Below, piece after piece: positions 16,939 through 26,800 of a stretch of DNA of 58,723 nucleotides. Under the pieces are notes generated by a model. That model saw only the letters and a list, made by a program, of their open reading frames with translations, had not been told where the DNA came from and did not search any database. Source of the DNA: a virus (taxonomy: Duplodnaviria; Caudoviricetes); the IMG/VR virus record IMGVR_UViG_3300045955_000216, positions 1-58,723 of that record; one strand, given 5' to 3'. The first letter of the stretch is position 1; each line of letters starts with the position of its first letter. A program made the position numbers and the translations under genes.

Positions 16939-17391
16939 TCACGCACGGAGCTCGGGCGCGGCCGCCTGGTCCCAGGCGGTCCGGCCGCCCCACCGCAGCC
17001 CGAGCCAGGCGAGCCACCTGAGCCACCGCGGCACGTCCTCGGAGACGGAGACCGCCTCGGGATAGACGGCGTCCGCGATGGCCCGGCGCTCCGCGTCCGA
17101 GAGGCTCGGGAACATCCCGAGGAGGTGCTCGCGGTAGACGTAGTCGTGGATGACCCCGGCCTTCCGGGCCCGGCCGCCGAGCAGACGATAGAGCAGGAAC
17201 CGGCGCGGGACGGAGGAGAGGTCGGTCCGGAACCCGACGGGCACCTCGAGCCGACACCTGAGCACCGCGGAGTCGTACCGGAGGACGCCCAGGAGGTCCC
17301 AGACCGGCTCGCCCTCGAGGTTGACCCCGACCTCCTCGAGCTTGAGGGGGTCGAGGAACTTCGGGCGAATCCCCCCGGTTACGGCACCCAC
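16939..17391 (-). CDS. DUF1353 family protein
   Basis: VPVGFRTDLSSVPR...IHDYVY...AD. Confidence 0.85.
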   Translation of the reverse strand: MGAVTGGIRPKFLDPLKLEEVGVNLEGEPVWDLLGVLRYDSAVLRCRLEVPVGFRTDLSSVPRRFLLYRLLGGRARKAGVIHDYVYREHLLGMFPSLSDAERRAIADAVYPEAVSVSEDVPRWLRWLAWLGLRWGGRTAWDQAAAPELRA

Positions 17392-18593
17392 GGGAGCGGC
17401 GGGATGGGCGGCGGCGGGAGCTTCTCGGCCTCGGGAAGAAGGAGCGCCCGGGCCGCGTCGCCCTTCGTGTTGTTCGTCTGCGTGCCACAGCCGCTCTTGA
17501 GCCAGATGTCGTTATACCCGCCGCTCGGGAGCAGATTGCTCACGACGTTGTTGCGGTAGAGGTTGTCGTGGCACCCGGTCTGCCCGGTCTTGTAGAACGC
17601 CCCGAGCCCGATGTTGCCCGTGCTGAGTGAGGGGAGGTTGGTGTCGAGGACCTTGTTTTCTTCCACCAGCGCGAAGGCCGCGTTCGAGGCGTTGAAGCCG
17701 CACTGGCTGGTCCGCACCATCACGTTGCGGGCCACGTAGATGTGCGCGGCCGACTCAAAGGCGACCCCGCACCCGCTCGCCGCCCGGCCCCCGATCAGGT
17801 AGTTATCCGTGATCCGCGCGTGCGCCGAGTGGCCGACGTTGATCGCGTCCTCCTGGCCGGCGCCCCCGTTGTGGACCTCGGTCTCGGTGTTCGCGTAGTA
17901 GTTCCGGTCCGCGACGCACCCCCGTTCCAGCGGGCCGTTCTGATTGCACCGCCAGAACTGGACATGCTGCCCGCGTGGAAACGGCCCCTTCGGGTTCTCG
18001 GAGTAATTGCCCTTCACGGTGACGCTCTGGCAGTCCATCGCCTCGACGCCGGTCTCGAAGTCGCGCAAGATGTTGCCTTGCACGAGGACGTCCGCGCAGG
18101 CCGTCGCGAAGACGCCATGCTGCGAGTCGAGCGTCGTCTTCGTCCGGCGCGGGACCAGGAGGCTATTCGAGACCCGGATCCGCGCGGCCTGGTCGATCCG
18201 GATGGCATGGCCGCCGCACCCCTCGAGCTGGACGTCGTGGATGACGACGTCGGTCACGCCCACCACCCGGATACAGTCGCCGGGCGCGCCCGTGATGCGG
18301 ACGCGCGTGATGGTCTGGCCGCTGGTCGCCACGAGGGGCCCGCTCGGCGTGTAGTCGGGCGGCGGGGGAGGCGGTGGAGGAGGCGGTGGGGCCTCGAGCG
18401 CGGCGACCCGCGCCCGGAGGGCGTCGAGCTCCTGGTGGAGCGTCTCGAGCCGGGCGTCCAGCGCGTCCAGGCGGGCGACCAGGGCGGCCACGGCCGCAAT
18501 CACGGCCGCGTGGTCCTCCTGGGTCGGGACCGTCACGACCGCGTGCGCGGTCGTCGCGAGGAGGCAGAGGCCCAGCCCGAGGCGTCTCAGCAT
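17379..18593 (-). CDS. Secreted right-handed beta-helix protein (depolymerase-like)
   Basis: Signal peptide MLRRLGLGLCLLATTAHA, coiled coil, poly-Pro linker, V-x-x-N beta-helix repeats. Confidence 0.7.
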   Translation of the reverse strand: MLRRLGLGLCLLATTAHAVVTVPTQEDHAAVIAAVAALVARLDALDARLETLHQELDALRARVAALEAPPPPPPPPPPPDYTPSGPLVATSGQTITRVRITGAPGDCIRVVGVTDVVIHDVQLEGCGGHAIRIDQAARIRVSNSLLVPRRTKTTLDSQHGVFATACADVLVQGNILRDFETGVEAMDCQSVTVKGNYSENPKGPFPRGQHVQFWRCNQNGPLERGCVADRNYYANTETEVHNGGAGQEDAINVGHSAHARITDNYLIGGRAASGCGVAFESAAHIYVARNVMVRTSQCGFNASNAAFALVEENKVLDTNLPSLSTGNIGLGAFYKTGQTGCHDNLYRNNVVSNLLPSGGYNDIWLKSGCGTQTNNTKGDAARALLLPEAEKLPPPPIPPLPWVP

Positions 18594-19207
18594 TTTCGCA
18601 CCAGGAGCCGAAGCGCCTCGCGGTCGGCGTCGCTCGGCGTCAGGTCGTAGAGGACGAGCATGATCGCCCACCGCTGCCCGTAGTCGCAGGACGCCGTCCC
18701 GTCCCGGGGCGGCACCCATTCGGCAGGCCCCTTGCTCCCCTTGCTGCGGTTCACCGCGGCGATCGTCGCGGCCAGGGCGCCGGGGTAGCCGAGCTCGTTG
18801 GCGAAGGCTCGCTTCCGCTCGGTCGACCACGCGGCGCCGCCGTGGGCATGGGCCCAGGCGAGCGGGACGACATGGTCGATGTCCAGATGCGCCGGATCCG
18901 TTCGGCGCTCGCCGGTGTAGGGATCCCGCCAGAGACCGCGGCGGACCTTGCAGCCCTCGTCGTCCCAGACCACCGTCCCGGGGAAGGCTTCCCGCGCGAG
19001 GACCTCCTGGCGCGTATCGCGGCAATTCCCGTCGGCATCCTCCCAGCGGGGATGCCACTCCTGGCGGTCATAGGCCGGCGCCCCGGCCAGCACGCGCGGC
19101 AGGCGGTCCGCCCCCCGCGCCACCCCGTGGATCGCCAGGATCCACAGGAAGAGCGCGAGGAGCGCGACGATGAGGGTCCAGGTCGCCGGCCCGAGCCGCT
19201 GGGGCAT
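18587..19207 (-). CDS. Exported/membrane-anchored HNH nuclease (DUF1524-like)
   Basis: N-terminal hydrophobic helix; DPYTG, DIDHVVPL, NRSKGSK. Confidence 0.8.
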   Translation of the reverse strand: MPQRLGPATWTLIVALLALFLWILAIHGVARGADRLPRVLAGAPAYDRQEWHPRWEDADGNCRDTRQEVLAREAFPGTVVWDDEGCKVRRGLWRDPYTGERRTDPAHLDIDHVVPLAWAHAHGGAAWSTERKRAFANELGYPGALAATIAAVNRSKGSKGPAEWVPPRDGTASCDYGQRWAIMLVLYDLTPSDADREALRLLVRKC

Positions 19208-19210
19208 GGG

Positions 19211-19534
19211 TTACTTTCCGGGCGGCGCCGCCGTCGCCTTCCCTGGAAACATCTTGTCAATGAGCGCCTGGGCCCCGAGGACCAGGCCGCCGCCCCCGAG
19301 CCCCGAGAGCACGAACGACACCACGCCGGCCTTGATCGGCTTGGCGTCGGCCGCGAGCTGCCAGGACTCCGGAAGCATCCCGCTGTCGATCGCGAGGTAC
19401 GTCACGCCGGCGGCGAGCATGACGTAGTAGAGCGTGCCCACCGAGGCGGTCGGCTTGTTCTCGCTCGACCAGCGCGCCAGGAACGCGCCCACGACGGCGG
19501 CCAGGAGCACGACGAGCTGGAGCTTGACGGTCAT
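19211..19534 (-). CDS. Putative holin (3 TM)
   Basis: Three hydrophobic segments; lysis cassette. Confidence 0.55.
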   Translation of the reverse strand: MTVKLQLVVLLAAVVGAFLARWSSENKPTASVGTLYYVMLAAGVTYLAIDSGMLPESWQLAADAKPIKAGVVSFVLSGLGGGGLVLGAQALIDKMFPGKATAAPPGK

Positions 19535-19545
19535 GGTGGCCTCCT

Positions 19546-19884
19546 TTACGGCGTGTAGGGCGTCAGGGCCCGCTTCCCCAGCGCCCCGATGACCGCATCG
19601 ACATACGGCAGCACCTTGTCCCAATCGGGCTCGGCCTTACTGAGCTCGGAGTCCACGAGTGGTTTCAGGCGGTAGACCTCGGCCTGGGCGCGCACGGCCT
19701 CGGCGCACAAGGCCTGCCGATCGCGCGGCACGGGGCTCGCACAGTGGAGCTCCATGAGGCTCTCCGCTCGGCCCCAGAGGTATTGCACGCGGCCGTAGGT
19801 AATCCAGAGCTGCGGGCTCTTCGGTTGGCAGCCCGCCAGAACGAGGAGCGCGAGCAGGAGTCCGGCGGGCCCGGCGCGCCGCAT
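19546..19884 (-). CDS. Lipoprotein (spanin-like candidate)
   Basis: Lipobox LAGC. Confidence 0.6.
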   Translation of the reverse strand: MRRAGPAGLLLALLVLAGCQPKSPQLWITYGRVQYLWGRAESLMELHCASPVPRDRQALCAEAVRAQAEVYRLKPLVDSELSKAEPDWDKVLPYVDAVIGALGKRALTPYTP

Positions 19885-20117
19885 CACTCGGCGCTCTGTT
19901 TGCCCGGGGTGCAGCCGGACTCGGCGGAGGCCTTCCCGCCCACCGCGCCGGGGCCGCCCTCCGCGCCTTCCCCCCCGACCGACCCGCCGGGACCGCCGGT
20001 GCCGCCGTCTGAGCTCGCGCGCGCATGGCACCCCGGCGACTCGGAGGTGAGCTTCACGCAGGCGCCGGCGACCAGGAGCAGCGCCACCAAGAGGAATCCG
20101 GTCAGACCTCGGCACAT
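19884..20117 (-). CDS. Small Gly-rich lipoprotein
   Basis: Hydrophobic leader, AGAC lipobox. Confidence 0.55.
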   Translation of the reverse strand: MCRGLTGFLLVALLLVAGACVKLTSESPGCHARASSDGGTGGPGGSVGGEGAEGGPGAVGGKASAESGCTPGKQSAE

Positions 20118-20131
20118 GACACAGCCTCCCT

Positions 20132-20581
20132 TCACGCGCGGACCTGGAGGAAGGTGTGTCGGCCGATCGTGGCCGTTACCTTGCTCGGGTCCACCTGGGT
20201 CGGGTCGTGCGGATGGGCGGCCCACGGCGGGAGTCGGCCCGCGTCGCGGAGGACCGTCTCGACGTTCAAGTAGTGGTCCGCCCCGTGGGTCGGATCCGGC
20301 AGCATCCGGAGGAGCGCCCCGCAGGCCGCCCGGTAGCACTCGTGATAGACGTCCGGATCAAGCCGATCGAGCGTCAGCCGGCGCGGGCTGTCCGTGTTCC
20401 ACGCCGAGAACTGCCAGGCCTTGAAGACCACGTCCTGGACCGACTCCCGCCAGCGGGCGCTCCGGTTCGCGATGACCCAGGCGACGGCGAGCTTCCCCTC
20501 GGGCGCCTCCCCTTCGGCCTCGAGGTACACGGTGAGCGCGCACCAGGAGAGGTCGTCGACCATCGGGATCCGCGGGCTCAT
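20132..20581 (-). CDS. Endolysin, SleB/Hydrolase_2 cell wall hydrolase
   Basis: EAEGE..GKLAVAWVIANR, QFSAWN, DPTHGADHY, IGRHTF. Confidence 0.9.
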   Translation of the reverse strand: MSPRIPMVDDLSWCALTVYLEAEGEAPEGKLAVAWVIANRSARWRESVQDVVFKAWQFSAWNTDSPRRLTLDRLDPDVYHECYRAACGALLRMLPDPTHGADHYLNVETVLRDAGRLPPWAAHPHDPTQVDPSKVTATIGRHTFLQVRA

Positions 20582-20802
20582 CGCCGGCGCCCCTCGCGAA
20601 ACTCGCGGCGCATCTCCTCGACCGCCCTCGCCAGCCCCAGCATCGCCTCGACGAGGGTCGCCAGCTTGCCGTTCAGGCGCCAGAGAAAGACCCCGGCCAC
20701 CATCGCCGGAAAGCCGACCGCCTGAAACAGGTACACCGCCCACCGCAGGCTCGAGGGAAGATCCTCGGGCGCGTCGATCATGAGTGCTCCTGTATGGGAC
20801 AC
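20578..20802 (-). CDS. YvrJ-like small membrane protein/holin
   Basis: VGFPAMVAGVFLWRLNGKL. Confidence 0.6.
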   Translation of the reverse strand: MSHTGALMIDAPEDLPSSLRWAVYLFQAVGFPAMVAGVFLWRLNGKLATLVEAMLGLARAVEEMRREFREGRRR

Positions 20803-20859
20803 GCGGCGTCCCGTCCTGGGACTCGGCCTATCCTCACACAGGTTCCCCGGTGCCCAGCG

Positions 20860-23800
20860 TCATCGGCCGAGGCGCTCCCGGACCCCGTCGAGGAGGTCCC
20901 CGCGGGCGTCCCGCTGGGCCCGATGGACGATCGACTGGATCTCGCGCTTCTGCTCGTCGCGATCGAGCGCCCGGTAGGCCGGATCCTCGAGAAGGCCCAG
21001 GAGGTCCTCGCGGGCCTCGGCACCCCAGGTCCGGTGGTAGAGCCGGCGCTCCCGCTCGAGGAGCTCCACCTTCTCGCGGTCGACCGTGAGGCTCCGGGGC
21101 GGTGCGGCCGGGACGTAGCCGACCCGGGCGAGCTCCCGCTCGACGGCCTTGTCCGGCCGGGGGGCGTTCCGCCGGATCGGCGAGACCATCCGCTCGAGCG
21201 CCGTCTCGCCGCTCGTGAGGGCGCCGCCGAGAGCCCCGCGCTTCGCCGGGAGCTGGTTCCGGAGGCCGGGGAGCTGGGCCTGCATGGCCGCCACCGGCCC
21301 CTCGATCTCGCGCTCGGTGTCGTCCAGGCCGCGGGCGATCGACCCGAGGAGCCCGCCGGCCGGGATCATCCCGCGCGCCTGGCCCTCGAGCCACGACTCC
21401 CCGTACCGGAGCGGATCCGCGAGCATGTTGGAGAGCCCGAGGAGCCCGCCCAGGAAGGTCTTGTTCGTGATGTTCTGGGCCACGGCCCGGAGCATCGCGT
21501 CGGCCTTCTGTGCCGCCTTCTGCTCCTCACCGCCCCGGGCGAGCTCGACGATGTCGGCCGCCATCCCGAGGAGCCCGCCCACCGGCTCGAGCCGGTTGTA
21601 GGCGAAGGACCCGACGCCCGGCACCGTGACGCTGTAGGGCTGCCAGCCGGCCTCGCGCTTGGTGCGGAGCGTGTCCCGGTCCTCGCCGCCGCCGCCGCCG
21701 GTGACGTACCCCGCGGCCGCCAGGGCACCGGCGGCCAGCATGACCATCGACCCGAGGAACGGCCGCGCCAGGTCCTCGGCGAGCGCGCGCGGGACGCCCC
21801 CGAGCTCCCGCTGGCCCTGGGTGTACTCGCCCCGCCGGGCCCGCATCACGACCGGCACGAACCCGAGCGGCGTGCGCTCAAGCGTGGCCTTCATGATGTT
21901 CGCCGGCGTCCGGACAAACGGGATGACGTACCGGAGGGCCGGAATGGTCTCGCGGCCCCAGAGGACCCACTGGCCCATCTTCCCGAGCTTCTGCTGGAAC
22001 GTCCGGTAGTCCTGGGCGCCCTGGGCCCGGAGGAGCATCCCCGGCGTCGGGTCGGCGATCAGGGCCGACATCCGCCGCGCGAGGGCCTCGCCCTGGTGGC
22101 CCTCTTGGAGCGCGATCCGGAGCGCGCCGGCGTGAATCTCCGCGTCCCAGACCATCGCCTTGAAGGCCGCGTCCTCCGCGGAGAGCGCCCGGAGCGGGGC
22201 CCGGATGACGCGCCCCGCGCGGCCGCCGATCGCCGGCGGGCGCGCCTCGACGCGCCCCAGGTCGGCGCGCGTCTCGAGCTGCCAGGCCGCGACGGCCTTC
22301 CCGAGGGCCCGGCCGCTCGTGAGCGCCGACAGCATCCCCGCGACCTCGGCCATCCCCTCGCGGGCGAAGACCTCCCGCTGCCGGCCGGTGAGCTTCGCGA
22401 GGACCGCGTCGATCCCGCCGGCCAGCGTCCGCTCCGCGGTGTTCGACGCCATGAAGAGGGTGTTCCCGATCATGTTGGCCGCGTGCGATTGCGGGCCCGA
22501 GAGGATCGAGGACAACCAGGCCTCATAGAGCTTGTCGGACCAGCGGCGCTCCTGGGCCTTCCGGAGGAACGACGAGAGGCCGCGCGTGTCGCCGTCCGGC
22601 AGCGCGGCCGCGAGCTCGAGGACCTCGAGCGTCCGGGCCCGGTTCCGCGCGCCCGTGGCCTCGCCGCGCTCGCCCGTGACGGCGCCCTCCCCGCCGAAGA
22701 GCTCGAGGGCCGCCTGGAGCGCCTTCCCCTCAAGGGGCTTTCCGGCCTTGGCGCTCTTCGCCAGGATCCGGTGCGCGGCGAGCGCGCGCGCGATCTCCGT
22801 CGTCGCCCCTTCGACCTCGCCCTGGAGCGCGATGTGCGCGGCGGCCGCGCGCGCGAAGCGGTCGACCAGGGCGTCGGGGATCGGCTGGCCCTCGTGCTGG
22901 AGGGTCCGGTACTCCGCCTTGATCCCCGCGAGCCGCTCCGCCGAGGCCAGGAGAATGTTCCGCGCCTGCGTGATCTGCTCGGCGTTGAGCGTCCCGCCGA
23001 GGACCCGCCGGCGGATCCTGCCCTCGTCGAGGCCCGCCTCGAGGGACAGCCGCTCGATCTCCTCGAGCGTCATCGTGCCGCGGCGCCGCTCCATCATATG
23101 CCCGTGGTGCTGCTGGTGGAGCTGCGAGTACAGGTACTTCACGTCGACCGCCGTATCGAGCCGGTCGAGGTTCGTGCCGGTGTCGGTGTCCACGCCGGCC
23201 CGGCCGGTGGCCCGCACGACGAGGTCCGTGTCCGACGCGGTCGCGGTGGGCGCGGCGGCGCCGACGCTGCGCGCCGGCGTGGCCGCGGCGCGCGCGAGCC
23301 ACTTGGCGTGGGCGCCGCCGAAGAGGGCCTCCGATTTCGCGATGTCGGCCGCGCGCTCGGCGCGCTCGGCGGGCGTCAGGGTCTCCACCTTGCGGCCACG
23401 CCACTTCTCGTAGATTTTCCAGCCGGCGTCCTGCACGGCCCCGACGTCCTGGCCGACGAGCTGGAGCTCGGCGATCAAGCCCGTCGGGAGCTCGATGGCG
23501 ACGTGGATCGCGCGGTAGCCGCCGATCTTCGGCTTCTCGAGAAAGTTTTCGATGTCGACGACCGGAAACTCCCGGCCGACGGCCTCGAGGACCCGCGCGG
23601 CGTCCCCGGGGGCGTCGATCCAGACCCGGCCGCCTAGGTAGTCGACCCAGGCATCGCCCGGACGGGCCTGGAGCTTCTCGGTAATCCGGTGCTTGGCGTC
23701 GCTCTTGACCCTGGGCGGGTAGCGGTCCGGGAACGTCAGCCCCGGGGTATCGACGGCCAGCCGCCGGAGGCGCTGCTCGTACTGTGGCCGATCGTCCTCG

Positions 23801-26800
23801 GCGCGGGCCAGGAGGGTCGGGACGTCCGCCGTGTCCTGGTACGCCTCATAGGTCGGCTCGGACGGCAGCGGCGCGGTGTTCGGGCGCTCCGGCAAGGTGC
23901 GGAGGCGTGTGCGCCCTGGGGCGCGGACGACCTCGGCCGGGTCGAAATTTGCTATACTTGGGTCGATGGAGCCCACCGTGGTCAAGGTCTGGGAGGTCGG
24001 CCGCGAGGACGGGGGCGGATTTATCCGCACCGTCGAGCTCTCGAGCGGCTCGGTTCGCGGCGAGGTCTGGTCCGCCGCGGCCAAAGCCTGGATTCCGGCG
24101 CCCGGCATGGACGCGGGCCGGATCTTCCGCGCCTCTCGGCCCTCCGCCGAAGAGCTCGCCGCCGCCGGCATCCCCGCCTGACCCTCGAGGCTCTGCCCGA
24201 CCCGTATATCGCCCTGGGCCGCCATCCGCTCGCGGAGTCGCTCCTGGAGCGTGGCTTCATCGGCGGCGCCCCGCGCGCCTTCCCGGGACACCCCGCGCGA
24301 CGCGACGTACTCGCCGGTCGCCGGCTTCCCGAACCGGACCGCGTACACGCTGACGTGGCTGCCCGTCTGGAGGTCCTTGTCGGCGGCCTGGACGAGGAAG
24401 TTTAGCGTCCCGCCGACCGTCCCCGCGTTCCGGCCGGCGAGACCGGAACCCCGCCCGCTGCCCACGCGGAAGACGAGGTCCTCGCCCGGTTCCGCCTTCG
24501 GGTCGCCGAGGTTCTCGACGAACGTGCGATAGGCCCCCTGGGGTCGGAGCTCCTCGAAGAGGTTGATTCCGCGGAGCGCCTGGTCGAGCGGGATCGTCGA
24601 GAGGCGCCGCTCCGTGTACGCGCCGCCCTCGGGGAAGTAGTACCAGCCGCCCAGCTTGAAGCCGACCGGCGGCCGCGGATCCTCTCCGCCCCGCGGTTCC
24701 GCCGCCCCGACCCCGCCGAGGTCCGGCTCCCCCGCCGTGCGCGCCGCGAGGTCCGCCGGCGCCCCGAAGAGGTCGCCCTGGCCGGCGGCCCGCGTGTCGG
24801 CCTCGTCGCGCGCCTCGAAGTTGAAGAGGTTCCGCTCGCTCCGCTCCGACTCAAGGGGCGGCTTCGTCGACCCCTTCCGGATCGGGCCCGCCGACATCTC
24901 GCGCCGCTCGGTGCCGGGCATGACGTACTGGTCGCCGGCCTCGGTCTTCTCGACACGCGGCGCGGCCGCCCCTACGCCCTCGAGCTCCGGCTCCCCGGCG
25001 ACGCGGGCGGCGAGGTCGGCAGGCGGAACCGCCGTGGCCGCTCGTCCCCGAGGGACGTCAGGTGCGGCATCGCCCGCCGTAGCTCCCGCAGGACGACCGC
25101 CTGGTCCGCCTCGGAGAGCTTGGGGTAGCGCCTTGCGGAGGGCGCTGTACGTTTGTTCCCGGACCGCATGGCGTCCCTCCCCGGCCGCGAGGCGCGCGGC
25201 CCCCTGGTTGAGCACGTCGGCCACCGGGCCTTGGACGTGCTTCAAGCGATCGAAGAGCTCGAGCAGGACCGCGGCCTCCTGGCTGACGCCCTGGCTCCGG
25301 GCGACGTCAATCACGTTGCCCTCGGCCTGGAGCCGCTGCGCCGCGCGTGACTTGCTGACGGTCGAGAAGAGGCGCTTGTCCTGCGAGAGCCGATCGCGAA
25401 GGTCGGCGACCAGCTTGGCCTTCTCGACGACGGCCGCCTCTTGGCGCGTGTCAGTCCCGAAGAGCGTCTCCTCGGTGACCGCGCGGGTCGGCGCCGAGGC
25501 CGCCATCCCCGCGAGCTCGGCGACGTCCTTGTCCCGGAGCGGCCGGCGCTTCTCGAGGCGCTCGAGGGCCTGGACGAGCTTGAGCTGCGCGTCTGGATCC
25601 TGGACCCGCTCCCCGATCAGGACCGCCCGCGGCGTGGAGAGCTTCCCCGTCTGGACGCGCGCGAAGACGGGCGCCGTCAGGTTCCCGAGCGCGAGGCCTT
25701 CGCGGACCACCGACTCGCGCATCGGGACGCCCTGGGTGCGGAGCGTCTCGGCCGTAAGCCCGGTGTCGCGGAAGAACTTCGCCGCGTCGAAGGCGGTGCC
25801 CCGGCCCTCGGCGATGTTCATAAGCGCGCCGACCGCGCGCGCCTGCTCGGCCGTCTCGGCCTCGACCTCGAGGACGGCGATCGACGCCGGCGCGGACGGA
25901 TCCCCCGCGGCCCCGAGCTCGCGCGCCTTGTTGACGCGGTTGTGGCCGTTGAGGACCTTGAGGCGCTGGTCCGCGGGATCCCGCCAGACGGCGACGACGC
26001 CGGCGAGGTTGGGATCCCACCGCCGGACGCCGGTCAGGCTGCCGGTGCTGCCGCTCTTCTCCCGGTTGGAGACCTTGAACTGGAAGCGGTCTGGCTCGAG
26101 GTCCAGCTCGGCGAGCGGCACCTCGCGGACGCGGGTCGGCGCGGCCTCGGGGCCGGCCTCCACCCGGAGCTCGGCCTCGGTGGGGCCGATCATCCGCGCG
26201 GTGCCGGCCAGCCGGAGGCCCTCGCGGACCAGCGGACTGTCGGGATCCACGCCAAAGGCGCGGAGCTGTTGCGGGCCGAGGCCGTACTCCCGGAAGAACG
26301 CGGCCGCGTCCTGGGCGGAGGTCCCCGTCGTGGACGGGCGGTCCACCGCGAAGCCCTGCTCGGCGCTCGCCTTGGGTCGGCGGTCGCGCACGAGGTTGTC
26401 GACGACCCCGAGCGTCCGGGCGGTCTCGGCATTCGGGGCCTGGAGGAACCGGACCCGGATCTGCGGGACCCCCTGGGACTTCGCCAGGTTGAGCCGGTTG
26501 TGACCGTTGATGACGTACACCTGCCCGTCGGCCGGATCCCGCCAGACCAGGAGCCCGTTCCGGTCCCGCGCCGGGTCGTACCGCTGGCGGGGGTCGAACG
26601 TCCCGCTGGCGCCGCTCTCCGTCTCGAGGCCCGCCAGCTTGAACTGGAACCGGCCGGGGTCGGCCTTGACCGATCCGGTCGGGAGGAGCGCCTGGCCGGG
26701 CTCGAGCGGGATCTCCCGCGACGGGATCTCGGAAATCCCCTCCTGGGACGCCGGGGCGGGCCCAGGCGCGCGATCGGCCGGAGGGGCCGGTATCTCCCCC

